Shown here: piece after piece, positions 1 to 9,282 of the stretch
How the letters are laid out: each line of letters starts with the position of its first letter
Numbering within the stretch: position 1 is the first letter of the stretch
NCBI GenBank assembly: GCA_012519515.1
Contig: JAAYQC010000052.1
Location: forward strand, 1 to 55,898
DNA: 55,898 nucleotides
From: Bacteroidales bacterium
GTDB lineage: Bacteria > Bacteroidota > Bacteroidia > Bacteroidales > VadinHA17
Direction of reading: 5' to 3'
The notes under the pieces: model-generated
The model's input: the letters and a program-made list of their open reading frames with translations, nothing else
Told to the model about the DNA's origin: nothing
The model's database searches: none
Program-made: the position numbers and the translations under genes

Positions 1-2
1 AA

Positions 3-248
3 AATAATTATTTATTGGTTTCACGCCTTGTAACATTTCCCGATAAGAAAACAGATGTTGCGATTACACTGCCTTTTGATCCTTCCGGAACAAAATTAAT
101 GATCTGTGCATATGATCAAAATATGGCGGCATATATTGGCAATTCGAATATTTCACTGAACTTCAACAAATACCGGACTACAATTTCTACATTGATAAGC
201 GGATTTGGCGTATTCGGATCGATGAATTTTTATGAAATGGAATTATAG
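3..248 (+). CDS. 3' end of a CDS truncated by the window edge; hypothetical, C-terminus resembles DUF4249-type lipoproteins
   Basis: Frame +3 is open from base 3 to TAG at 246-248; ends ...ISGFGVFGSMNFYEMEL; AT-rich. Family guess rests only on the GxGVFG ending. Confidence 0.4.
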   Translation, partial: NNYLLVSRLVTFPDKKTDVAITLPFDPSGTKLMICAYDQNMAAYIGNSNISLNFNKYRTTISTLISGFGVFGSMNFYEMEL

Positions 249-391
249 GGAGAATAAATTAAGAATTCATGCCATGGAATAACCTGATGAATACGACCTG
301 ATTCTGCTTTCCGAAAAGGTATTTCCCATAGAAGTCACGCTCTCCGCCAAAGCGGGGCAGGCTCTTCGGAGCATGTCCCGGCACACCAGGG

Positions 392-1252
392 TCAGGTGGG
401 CTCCACATGAATCGTGACCGTCAGATTGGCATAAATATCTTTGAGCTTTTCTTCAATACTATCGCAGTAAGAGTGTGCATTTCCGACCGATTCATTCGCG
501 GGTAGCTCGATATGGACATCCACGAACCTGTAATTGCCTGCCACACGTGTTCTCAGGTCATGAAAGTTTACATCCATTGAGTTGAGGTGCTTTTCAAGCT
601 CTTCAACCTCCTGCTCCGACCATGAAGTATCCAGAAGAGGCGAAAACGCCCTGGCTATAAGGTTGTAGGATTCCTTTACTATGAAAAGAGCCACCAGGAT
701 AGCTATCACCGGATCGAGCCATTCAATTCCCGTGAAATAGATGACAGCGAGGCCGGCAGCAACACCGAGGGATGTGTATACATCTGTCTTCAGGTGCAGG
801 GCATCAGCTTCAAGGGCAAGTGAGCCGGTTTCGCGGGCAACTTTGTACAATCGGCGCGACACTATAATGTTGACAATACCCGAAACAACCATTACAAGAG
901 CCCCTATCCCTACTGCCTGAGGCAGCGAATGACCACCAAGAAGCTTCTTTACTGATTCAACTATAATAATGACAGCCGCTATCAGGATTAAAATCCCTTC
1001 TATCACCCCGGATATGTTTTCAATCTTGCCATGGCCATAGGGATGTTTCGAATCGGGGGGAGTGTCTGATATCCTGACGGCAAAAAAAGCAATAATGGCC
1101 GCCACCAGGTCCATGGAAGAATGAATGGCTTCAGACAGGATACTTACCGATCCGCTTATGATGCCCACGATCAGCTTCATGGCTATCAGCAGCGAATTTG
1201 AGATCACCGATAACCTGGCAACCATTATCTTTTTGTTCTTTTTCGACTTCAT
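392..1252 (-). CDS. Cation diffusion facilitator (CDF/FieF-like) transporter
   Basis: SEAIHSSMD, HPYGHGKIE and ADALHLKTD motifs; C-terminal dimerisation domain ending TIHVEP. Confidence 0.92.
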   Translation of the reverse strand: MKSKKNKKIMVARLSVISNSLLIAMKLIVGIISGSVSILSEAIHSSMDLVAAIIAFFAVRISDTPPDSKHPYGHGKIENISGVIEGILILIAAVIIIVESVKKLLGGHSLPQAVGIGALVMVVSGIVNIIVSRRLYKVARETGSLALEADALHLKTDVYTSLGVAAGLAVIYFTGIEWLDPVIAILVALFIVKESYNLIARAFSPLLDTSWSEQEVEELEKHLNSMDVNFHDLRTRVAGNYRFVDVHIELPANESVGNAHSYCDSIEEKLKDIYANLTVTIHVEPT

Positions 1253-1262
1253 ATAGCTGAGT

Positions 1263-2144
1263 TTATTCCACGATCATCCGGATATAATCCTTTACCTGGC
1301 TGATAAGCCATCTGGGTGTTGATGTTGCTCCGCATATCCCTACCGATTCCTTGTCTTTAAACCACGATTTGTCTATTTCTTCAACCGATGAAATGAAATA
1401 AGTACAGGGGTTGATGCTTTTGCACGCGGAGTAAAGTATTTTGCCGTTTGAGCTGTCTTTGCCGCCAACGAATATCACCGTATCATGTTCTGCTGCAAAT
1501 TCCATGAGAGCGGGCTTCCTCCCTGAAAGCTGACCGCAAACAGTGTTGAAAACAATCATGTCATGTTCGGGATCCTTTACTCCCTTTTCTTTCATCCTGT
1601 CGCAGATCAGCTGCCTGATTCTTTCGTATTCGTTTATCTCCATGGTGGTCTGCGAGAACAAGGCAAGCGGACGGGAAAAATCAATTTTCTCGATATCTTC
1701 TTCTTTTGAAACCAGCAATCCTTCATTGCCGGTCTGACCAAGCAAGCCTATTACCTCCGGATGTCCGGGTTTTCCGTAAATCACAACCTGTCCGTTGGTC
1801 TTTTTCATGTCAATCCAGGCCTTCTCTATCTTCGCCTGAAGTCGTTTTACAATAGGGCAGGTTGCCTCAATTATCGTTATGTTGTTTTCAAGGGCCAGCC
1901 GGTATGTTTCCGGAGGTTCTCCATGCGCCCTGATAAGAACCTTGCAGTTTTTAAGTGTCCTGAACCTGTCGTGGCCGATAGTTATCAACCCGAGAGATGA
2001 TAATCGCTTCATCTCCATATCGTTATGCATGATCGAGCCGAGCGAATAGACGGTCTCTCCTTCACGAAGGGCATTCTCAGCGATCTCTACCGCGTTGTGA
2101 ACCCCGAAGCAGAATCCCGATTCCCGGTCAATTTCAATCTTCAT
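1263..2144 (-). CDS. ispH: 4-hydroxy-3-methylbut-2-enyl diphosphate reductase
   Basis: SGFCFGV, IRAHG, ATCP, NTVC, SSN and GATSTP motifs; start moved to MKIEID (2144), overlapping the cmk stop. Confidence 0.95.
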   Translation of the reverse strand: MKIEIDRESGFCFGVHNAVEIAENALREGETVYSLGSIMHNDMEMKRLSSLGLITIGHDRFRTLKNCKVLIRAHGEPPETYRLALENNITIIEATCPIVKRLQAKIEKAWIDMKKTNGQVVIYGKPGHPEVIGLLGQTGNEGLLVSKEEDIEKIDFSRPLALFSQTTMEINEYERIRQLICDRMKEKGVKDPEHDMIVFNTVCGQLSGRKPALMEFAAEHDTVIFVGGKDSSNGKILYSACKSINPCTYFISSVEEIDKSWFKDKESVGICGATSTPRWLISQVKDYIRMIVE

Positions 2145-2829
2145 CGATCTTTTTCCTGATAATTTCCATAATCCAGTCCATCTGCTGATCAACAGTCATC
2201 CTGCTGTTATCCAGTATAATTGCATCATCAGCCCTTCTCAGGGGACTTATATCCCTGTTCTCATCGGCTATGTCACGGGAAATAATGTTCATTCTGACCT
2301 CTTCCAGATCAGCTTCGATATTCTTTCCCCTGAGCTCATCATAGCGTCTTTTGGCCCGGATATCAACCGATGCCGTCATGAATATCTTCAGGTCGGCATC
2401 GGGAAATACAACGGTACCAATATCCCTGCCATCCATCACAATACCTTTGTTAATACCTATCTGGCGCTGCAGCTCGACCATCCTGGTCCTGACCTGATGG
2501 ATCCGGCTGATACGGCTCACATGTGAGGAAACTTCAAGGCTCCTTATTTCCCTTTCAACGTTTTCGGAGTTCAGGAAAGTTTCATGTATGCCAATGTCGG
2601 GATTATATACAAAGGAGATGTCTATTTCGCCGAGATCCCCGATAATATCTGTTGTTCTGACATCTCCCACGCCAATATATCCCTTTCTGATGCAATAAAG
2701 CGTTACGGCACGGTACATGGCACCGCTGTCGATATAAATGTAATCGAGCTCTTCTGCAATTGCCCTGGCAAAAGTGCTTTTACCACATGAGGAGTATCCG
2801 TCGATGGCTATTATCAGTCTTTTTCCCAT
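2134..2829 (-). CDS. cmk: Cytidylate kinase
   Basis: IAIDGYSSCGKST, IDSGAMYRA and MDGRDIGTVVFPDA motifs. Confidence 0.97.
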   Translation of the reverse strand: MGKRLIIAIDGYSSCGKSTFARAIAEELDYIYIDSGAMYRAVTLYCIRKGYIGVGDVRTTDIIGDLGEIDISFVYNPDIGIHETFLNSENVEREIRSLEVSSHVSRISRIHQVRTRMVELQRQIGINKGIVMDGRDIGTVVFPDADLKIFMTASVDIRAKRRYDELRGKNIEADLEEVRMNIISRDIADENRDISPLRRADDAIILDNSRMTVDQQMDWIMEIIRKKIDED

Positions 2830-2940
2830 TTTCCTTCCTTGTCGCTTTTTGCTGCTTCACTCATACCCAAGGGCTTAATCCATTAAGATGGATCATTCCT
2901 GAATTCGTTTTCGACCAGCAGATTATATAATCCGTGGGCT

Positions 2941-2948
2941 CAAAGTTA
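2941..2948 (-). promoter_or_regulatory. Bacteroidota -7 promoter element for cmk-ispH-CDF
   Basis: TAACTTTG on the minus strand, about 110 nt upstream of cmk. Confidence 0.5.
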
Positions 2949-2978
2949 TCAAATTTCTTATCAATAATCCTGCCTGAG

Positions 2979-4007
2979 CTAAAGCTGCTTTCTGTTGAAC
3001 ATTTTTCCGGGTACAAGGATTACCGAAATGTTATTTGATGCAGAGGCAAGGTGAAAGGAAGCCCTTCCGAATTCAATCCTTGCCACGGTGGAATTAATTC
3101 CAAAACCCCACGCAAGTCCTGTGCCTGAAGACTTGATATCTGACTGAAGCTCACTTCTCCGCTGGTGGTTGTACCCGAAACTAAGCCAGAAGTTTTTATG
3201 AGGGATTATTTCAACACCGGCTACAACATGGCGCAGTATGTTTTCGCCTATATTCTGCTTATTGTACTCATCGGTAGTGTAGTGGTGGGTGAGCTTGAAT
3301 TTCTCGAGATGCCTCATGGTCAGCGAGAAGCGGAAAGGAGCATGCCTGAGCCTCGCGGAGAAGCCTGCAATGATCTCAAGAGGAAGGCTGCTTTTCGGTT
3401 CTCCGGCGTAGGAGCTTACCTGGATCCCGAGGTTCCGTATTGCAAGACCTGCAGAAAGATAATTGTCGCGATTGTGCCACGAAGCTCCCAGGTCGAAGGC
3501 AAGGCCGAAAGAGTTGTACTTCTCAAGCTGCGAGACAAGGGGTTTGAAGTTGATGCCGGCTGAAAACATCGAGTCGGGGTGAAAAGAATACATCAGGGCC
3601 AGGGCTATTTCCGATGCGCTGAATGAGCCGGTAATCGCTCCTGTTTCATCCGCTTCGGTGAATGAACCGTAATTCAGGTATGACACTCCTCCTCCGATCG
3701 CTGCCGATTTTCCCGAAGTACGCGAGTACAACGCCATCCCGTAATTTACCCCCGCCAGATAGTTTGTAAAGTTAAGGGCCACATTCCCCGACATGCTCCT
3801 TGAAAGAAGTGCAGGATTGGTCCAGGCAAGGCTGAGGCTGCTGCCGGCAAGCGAAACGTTCGATCCTCCAAGCGATGATTCGAGGCCCGATTGAGTGAGA
3901 TTCAGAAATTCATACACATTGTCTCCTCCCGTCTGGGCTATCCCTCCAACAGCCGGCAGCAGAAACAACGATATGACGCGAATCCATTTTGCCATTTCAG
4001 ACCCCAT
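2979..4007 (-). CDS. porQ: Type IX secretion system protein PorQ
   Basis: Signal peptide then QTGGDNVYEFLNL...SLGG...NPALL; beta-barrel pattern; GYNHQRRSEL; adjacent to cmk as commonly seen in Bacteroidota. Confidence 0.82.
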   Translation of the reverse strand: MGSEMAKWIRVISLFLLPAVGGIAQTGGDNVYEFLNLTQSGLESSLGGSNVSLAGSSLSLAWTNPALLSRSMSGNVALNFTNYLAGVNYGMALYSRTSGKSAAIGGGVSYLNYGSFTEADETGAITGSFSASEIALALMYSFHPDSMFSAGINFKPLVSQLEKYNSFGLAFDLGASWHNRDNYLSAGLAIRNLGIQVSSYAGEPKSSLPLEIIAGFSARLRHAPFRFSLTMRHLEKFKLTHHYTTDEYNKQNIGENILRHVVAGVEIIPHKNFWLSFGYNHQRRSELQSDIKSSGTGLAWGFGINSTVARIEFGRASFHLASASNNISVILVPGKMFNRKQL

Positions 4008-4035
4008 GATGTAAATATAGGATATTGCAGGAATC

Positions 4036-4959
4036 TCAGGCTGTCTTTCCGGTCAGGATATGAGTGTCGCCGGTCTTTTTCGGACGACCGTTCATCTGCG
4101 ACATGATAAGCCCGGCTATGACCACTGTCATTCCCATCATGTTCCGGGCAGTCAGCTTGTCGCCCAGGATCATAAACGAAAATATGGCTGTAAAAACAGG
4201 GATGAAATTGGTGAAAACATTAGCCCTGGTTATGCCTAGATTCCTTACGGAAAACGCGTACAGGATAAAGGCTCCGCAGGATGCAAACACTGCAAGTTCA
4301 ATGACTGGAATGAAATCCTTCAGGCTTAGCGCCGTATCGCCGAGATGACCGGCTTCAAATATAAGAAAGACAGGCAGAAAGAGAATAACCCCCAGGATAT
4401 TCTGAACATTGACAATGAAAACAGGTCCGTAATTCCCGACCAGCCTGCTGAGCGTAAGGTTGTAGCCTGAAGCAGAAAAAACTGCAAGCATAAGCAGGGC
4501 CAGTCCTTTGGTGTTATACGACAGCGATCCGTTACGTTCTATTATAAAGATGAGAACCCCGATGAATGACAGAACTATTCCTGCATAATTGATCAACTTC
4601 AGCCTCTCCTTCAGGAATATCCACGCTCCGATAGTAGCTACAACCGGGATTGTTGATATAAGAACCGATCCGACGGTTGCTGATACATAGGTGAGACCGA
4701 AACTCTCGCCAAGAAAATAGAGAAAGGGCTCAAACAAAGCCAGCATAATGAACAGCTTCCTGTCTTCCCTCCTGATCTTTACAAACTTCTTTTTGATAAA
4801 AAGATAACTTGTAAGTATGATCACCGCGATGACAAGCCTGAAAAAAACTATGGTGATTGGCAGAAACTTTTCATTGGCCATTTTGAACCATACAAAGGAA
4901 AATGCCCAGAAGATCATCGCAAGGAAAATAGCTCCGTATATCCTTATCCTTTTTTTCAA
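4036..4959 (-). CDS. DMT/EamA family transporter
   Basis: About 10 TM helices in two EamA repeats (AMIFWAFSF, FLKERL, ILGDKLT); TTG start. Confidence 0.9.
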   Translation of the reverse strand: MKKRIRIYGAIFLAMIFWAFSFVWFKMANEKFLPITIVFFRLVIAVIILTSYLFIKKKFVKIRREDRKLFIMLALFEPFLYFLGESFGLTYVSATVGSVLISTIPVVATIGAWIFLKERLKLINYAGIVLSFIGVLIFIIERNGSLSYNTKGLALLMLAVFSASGYNLTLSRLVGNYGPVFIVNVQNILGVILFLPVFLIFEAGHLGDTALSLKDFIPVIELAVFASCGAFILYAFSVRNLGITRANVFTNFIPVFTAIFSFMILGDKLTARNMMGMTVVIAGLIMSQMNGRPKKTGDTHILTGKTA

Positions 4960-5173
4960 TTGGCTCCTTGATATATTTTAATTTATGGCCTGCGAATTTA
5001 ATCTTTAAAATCATAGTTTATCAATTCTGAAGTAAATTTACCTTTATACAGGAATTACAGCAGTCTTTCGAACGTAACAGGGAAATGTTTGTCAGATGAT
5101 TTGTAAAGAGCAGCAGTACAGGCTGATGCGATTGGGGTTATTTCGAACAGCCCTGGAATTAAAATGTTTTTGA

Positions 5174-5204
5174 TTTGTAGTTGAAGCTATAATTATTATA
5201 TTTG
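5174..5204 (+). promoter_or_regulatory. Bacteroidota primary-sigma promoter of the etf operon
   Basis: TTTG (5174-5177), 19-nt spacer, TATATTTG (5197-5204): full consensus. Confidence 0.75.
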
Positions 5205-5267
5205 ACGCTTTTAATATAAAAACATTCAATAAAGATTTCTTCTGATGAAATCCACATGTATCAGGCT

Positions 5268-5285
5268 TATAAACACGTGTTTATA
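5268..5285. promoter_or_regulatory. Perfect 18-bp palindrome, candidate operator
   Basis: TATAAACACGTGTTTATA lies between the promoter and the etfB start. Confidence 0.5.
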
Positions 5286-5322
5286 TAATTTCCAGGCTAT
5301 TCGACCTTTAAAATAAAACTAT

Positions 5323-6078
5323 ATGCGGATGAAAATAGTGGTCTGTATCAGCAATGTTCCGGATACTACAACCAGGATAAAATTCCTGGAAGGAAATGCT
5401 TCGATTGATACTTCGGGAATTCAGTGGGTAATTAATCCCTGGGATGAGTTATCTCTTACAAGGGCTCTTGAACTCAGGGATGATCCTGCCAGCGGAGTGA
5501 AGACAGTGACGGTGGCCCATGCCGGCCCTGCATCTTCAGAGCCTACGATCCGAAAGGCTCTGGCGATAGGCGCCGATGATGCCATCAGGGTAAACTGTGA
5601 ACCCGCGGATGCTTTCTTTACTGCATCCCAACTCGCGGCCGCGATATCCAAAGAAGGCTTTGACATTATTATTTGCGGAATTGAATCGAGTGACTTCAAT
5701 GGTTCGGCAGTGGGTGGAATGATTTCCGAGTTCCTCGGTATCCCTTCAGTATCATCAGTCTCCGGTCTGAGTATTGAAAACGGGGCACCCGTCTTTACCC
5801 GAGAGATTGACGGCGGCAGGGAAAGCTTAAAAGTGCCTGTTCCTTGCGTGGCAATTGTTCAGAAAGGTATCGCGAAGGAGCCAAGGATTGCATCTATGCG
5901 CGGCATTATGGCAGCCAGGACCAAACCTGTAAGGGTTTATGAAACTGTTGATACCGATTGTCTTACGGAGATCGCGGGCTTTGAAAAACCTGCTCCCGGG
6001 GCTGCATGCAAATACATTGATCCGGACGATCCTGCCAGGCTGATTGAACTGCTTCAGAACGAAGCCAGGGTTATTTAA
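5323..6078 (+). CDS. etfB: Electron transfer flavoprotein beta subunit
   Basis: VCISNVPDT, INPWDE, ALAIGADDA, REIDGG and EPRIASMRGIM motifs. Confidence 0.95.
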   Translation: MRMKIVVCISNVPDTTTRIKFLEGNASIDTSGIQWVINPWDELSLTRALELRDDPASGVKTVTVAHAGPASSEPTIRKALAIGADDAIRVNCEPADAFFTASQLAAAISKEGFDIIICGIESSDFNGSAVGGMISEFLGIPSVSSVSGLSIENGAPVFTREIDGGRESLKVPVPCVAIVQKGIAKEPRIASMRGIMAARTKPVRVYETVDTDCLTEIAGFEKPAPGAACKYIDPDDPARLIELLQNEARVI

Positions 6079-6101
6079 GTGTAAATTGAAAATCAAGAAA
6101 T

Positions 6102-7070
6102 ATGTCAGTTCTCGTATTTACTGAAAACTGGGACGGCAAATTCAAGAAGCTGTCCTATGAGTTGGTTTCCTATGCATCAGCCATTGCAGGCATGATGAAT
6201 AGGAAGCTAACAGCTTTTACCATCGGCAGGACCGGTGAAGAGGAACTTAAGGAACTGGGCCGCTACGGCGCCGACAGGATACTGAGTCTTGTCAATCCGG
6301 CCCTGGAAGTGATGGATAACCGTGCCTGGGCAAAGGTCATTGCCGATCTTGCAGAAAAAGAGGGTTCCAAAGTAGTTGTTTTCTCGAATAACATGACCGG
6401 CAAGGCGCTGGCACCAAGGGTCTCGGTACGACTGAAAGCCGGGATCGCCTCCGGAGTCAGCCGGCTGCCAGTCAGCACCGAACCTTTCACGGTTTATAAA
6501 AGAGCCTACTCGGGAAACGCTTTTGCCGGTGTCGTTATCAAGTCGGAAGTAAAAATACTCAGCCTGGCCCAGAATTCTTATGAAATAATTGAAAAGCCCA
6601 CGGGCGCTATCCCTGAAACGGTCGAAGTGGAAGTGGATCCTTCACTTGCAGTTACAACAATCACGGAGACACATAAACAGACTGGAAAAATATTGCTGAC
6701 TGATGCGGAAATAGTTGTTTCGGGAGGCCGTGGTATGAAATCGGCCGACAACTGGGCACCACTTGTGGAGCTGGCATCTCTTCTCAATGGTGCAACAGCC
6801 TGTTCAAGACCGGTTTCGGATGAAGGCTGGAGACCTCACGAAGAACATACAGGGCAAACCGGAAAAATAATAGCTCCAAACCTTTATATTGCGGTAGGCA
6901 TCTCGGGAGCCACCCAACACCTTGCAGGAGTGAGCTCGTCAAAGTATATCGTTGCCATAAACAACGATAAGAATGCGCCGATTTTCGAAGCGGCTCAGTA
7001 TGGAATTGTAGGTGACGCTATGAAGGTCCTTCCAAAACTGGTGGATGCAGTAAAGACATTAAAGAAATAG
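6102..7070 (+). CDS. etfA: Electron transfer flavoprotein alpha subunit
   Basis: [33 protein letters not shown] and [11 protein letters not shown] motifs. Confidence 0.96.
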   Translation: MSVLVFTENWDGKFKKLSYELVSYASAIAGMMNRKLTAFTIGRTGEEELKELGRYGADRILSLVNPALEVMDNRAWAKVIADLAEKEGSKVVVFSNNMTGKALAPRVSVRLKAGIASGVSRLPVSTEPFTVYKRAYSGNAFAGVVIKSEVKILSLAQNSYEIIEKPTGAIPETVEVEVDPSLAVTTITETHKQTGKILLTDAEIVVSGGRGMKSADNWAPLVELASLLNGATACSRPVSDEGWRPHEEHTGQTGKIIAPNLYIAVGISGATQHLAGVSSSKYIVAINNDKNAPIFEAAQYGIVGDAMKVLPKLVDAVKTLKK

Positions 7071-7142
7071 ATTTCCCACTAAGACGCCAACACTTCGCGC
7101 TTTGCGCCTTTGTGGCATAAAGACAACAAGTTACTTTTTCCT

Positions 7143-9224
7143 ATGCTGAAACAATTGATTTTTATCATTGCCCTTGCTATTACCCTTGCTGTTTTCGCTT
7201 ATACGGTAAGCAGGCTGATTAAACTCTTCAGCCTTACAAAGCCCGCATTTCCCCTGAAGGACTGGGGAAAAAGGTTTTGCCTGCTGTTAAAGGTGGCTTT
7301 CGGACAGACCAAGATCTTCAGGCGTCCTGTTGTGGGATTACTTCATGCCCTGGTGTTCTGGGGGTTTTGCATAATACTTTTCGGAAGCATCGAGATGGTA
7401 ATTGACGGTGTCTCCGGGAGCGAAAAATCACTCAGTTTTCTGGGACCAGTACATGATGTGCTGATGGCTGCAGGAGATATTTTTGCCCTGCTCGTTGGTA
7501 TCCCGATCATTGTTTTCACAATCCGCCGGAGCCTCATGAATGTGAAAAGATTCAGCGGAACGGAAATGAAAGCCAAATCTCATATCGACGCTATCGTGTC
7601 CTTGTCGCTCATTCTGCTGCTGATGGTCTCCCTCCTGCTTATGAATACCGGCTACCTGGGATTTCACCGGCTTTCGGGAACAGAAATCAAGGGAAGCTAC
7701 CCGGTAAGCAGTTTCATTGCCGGCCTGCTGCCCGGTTTTTCCGTGTCCGGTTTCCATACTCTCTATGAGATAAACTGGTGGTTACATATTCTGACAATAT
7801 TCTTTTTTGCCAACTACCTTCCGTATTCGAAGCACTTCCATGTATTCATGTCGATACCGAATGTTTTCCTCTCAAGGCTCGATCCTCCCGGAAAACTCGA
7901 CAATATGGAAAGCATTAGCAATGAGGTCAGACTGATGCTCAATCCTGAAACTGCCTTTTCACAGGTACCCGCAGGCCCCGCTCCGGAAAGATTCGGCGTA
8001 AAGGATGTGACGGATGTAACATGGAAGAATTATTTTGATTCCCTGTCATGCACCGAATGCGGACGTTGCACATCGGTATGTCCTGCAAACCTTACCGGAA
8101 AAATGCTTTCTCCCAGAAAGGTGATGATGAACCTCAGGGCAAGGATGAAGGAGATAGGACCACGTTTGGTGAAGAACGGGAAGCTCTTTTCCGACAACAA
8201 ATCGCTCCTTGGGGATTATGTTTCCGAAGAAGAGATATGGGCATGCACCACCTGCAATGCTTGCGTGCAGGAATGCCCTGTAAACATAAACCAGCCCTCA
8301 ATTATAGTCGATATGCGACGCTACCTGGTACTTGAGGAGGGTAAGGCTCCCGGTGAACTTAAAAGTGTTTTCAGCAATATCGAAAATAACGGGGCTCCAT
8401 GGCAGTATTCTTCTGAAGACAGGCTTAACTGGACAAAGGATCTTGATTTTGAAATTCCCGTGTTCGCGGAACTGCCGGCCGGAACGAAGCCAGAATACCT
8501 TTTCTGGGTCGGTTGCGCGGGAGCTTACGACGATCGTTATAAAAAGGTGGTAAGGGCTTTCGCCGCTATTCTGAACAGATTGAATGTCAGCTATGCCGTT
8601 CTCGGAAAGGAAGAAACCTGCACGGGCGATCCTGCACGAAGGGCGGGAAATGAGATGCTCTTCCAGATGCAGGCGATGCAGGTTATTGAGACAATGAAAA
8701 AATATGAGGTCAAAAAGATAATAACCACATGTCCTCACTGCTTCAACACTTTCAGGAATGAATATCCCGACCTCGGGGGAAATTATGAGGTTGTCAGTTA
8801 CCTGCAGTTTATCGAAAGTTCAATTTCCGAAGGTAAACTCCGGCTGAACAGCGGAAAACTGAAGGGTTTGGGAATAACATTCCATGATCCCTGCTACCTG
8901 GGAAGGGCAAACAACATCTATTCCGAACCCAGGAAAATAATCGGGGCCATCTCAGCGGGAACAGTTGAGATGAAAAGGAACAAAAGCTTTGCATTGTGCT
9001 GCGGGGCTGGCGGCGGACAGATGTTCAAAGAGGCCGAAAAGGGAGATAAGGAGATATTTATTGAGCGAACCGAAGAAGCACTGGAAACGGGTGCTGAGAT
9101 TATAGCAACGGCCTGTCCGTTCTGCATGACCATGATTACCGATGGCCTGAAGTATAAAAATAGGGAAGAAGACATTCGGAACCTCGATATTGCCGAGCTG
9201 GTTATGGAAACTATGGAAATATAA
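7143..9224 (+). CDS. Membrane-bound Fe-S oxidoreductase (FadF / ETF:menaquinone oxidoreductase-like; DUF224-type heme b domain, two [4Fe-4S] sites, two CCG domains)
   Basis: N-terminal TM helices with His (LLHAL, WLHIL, SKHFH); CTECGRCTSVCP and CTTCNACVQECP; WVGCAG, CTGD, HDPCYLGR and CCGAGGG; ATG start at 7143. Confidence 0.88.
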   Translation: MLKQLIFIIALAITLAVFAYTVSRLIKLFSLTKPAFPLKDWGKRFCLLLKVAFGQTKIFRRPVVGLLHALVFWGFCIILFGSIEMVIDGVSGSEKSLSFLGPVHDVLMAAGDIFALLVGIPIIVFTIRRSLMNVKRFSGTEMKAKSHIDAIVSLSLILLLMVSLLLMNTGYLGFHRLSGTEIKGSYPVSSFIAGLLPGFSVSGFHTLYEINWWLHILTIFFFANYLPYSKHFHVFMSIPNVFLSRLDPPGKLDNMESISNEVRLMLNPETAFSQVPAGPAPERFGVKDVTDVTWKNYFDSLSCTECGRCTSVCPANLTGKMLSPRKVMMNLRARMKEIGPRLVKNGKLFSDNKSLLGDYVSEEEIWACTTCNACVQECPVNINQPSIIVDMRRYLVLEEGKAPGELKSVFSNIENNGAPWQYSSEDRLNWTKDLDFEIPVFAELPAGTKPEYLFWVGCAGAYDDRYKKVVRAFAAILNRLNVSYAVLGKEETCTGDPARRAGNEMLFQMQAMQVIETMKKYEVKKIITTCPHCFNTFRNEYPDLGGNYEVVSYLQFIESSISEGKLRLNSGKLKGLGITFHDPCYLGRANNIYSEPRKIIGAISAGTVEMKRNKSFALCCGAGGGQMFKEAEKGDKEIFIERTEEALETGAEIIATACPFCMTMITDGLKYKNREEDIRNLDIAELVMETMEI

Positions 9225-9282
9225 AAGGAAGCGGGATTGTCCGCCCTGAAAAAGATATTGATGAATTTAAAATGCATTGAAT

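Noticed and set aside
340-372. Small hairpins CTCCGC-caaa-GCGGGG and GCTC-ttcg-GAGC
   Set aside because: Short stems, single occurrence here; at most a REP remnant or weak terminator between convergent genes.
5268-5285. Palindrome read as parS
   Set aside because: It shares the CACGTG core but the flanks do not match TGTTTCACGTGAAACA; no canonical parS was noticed in the window.
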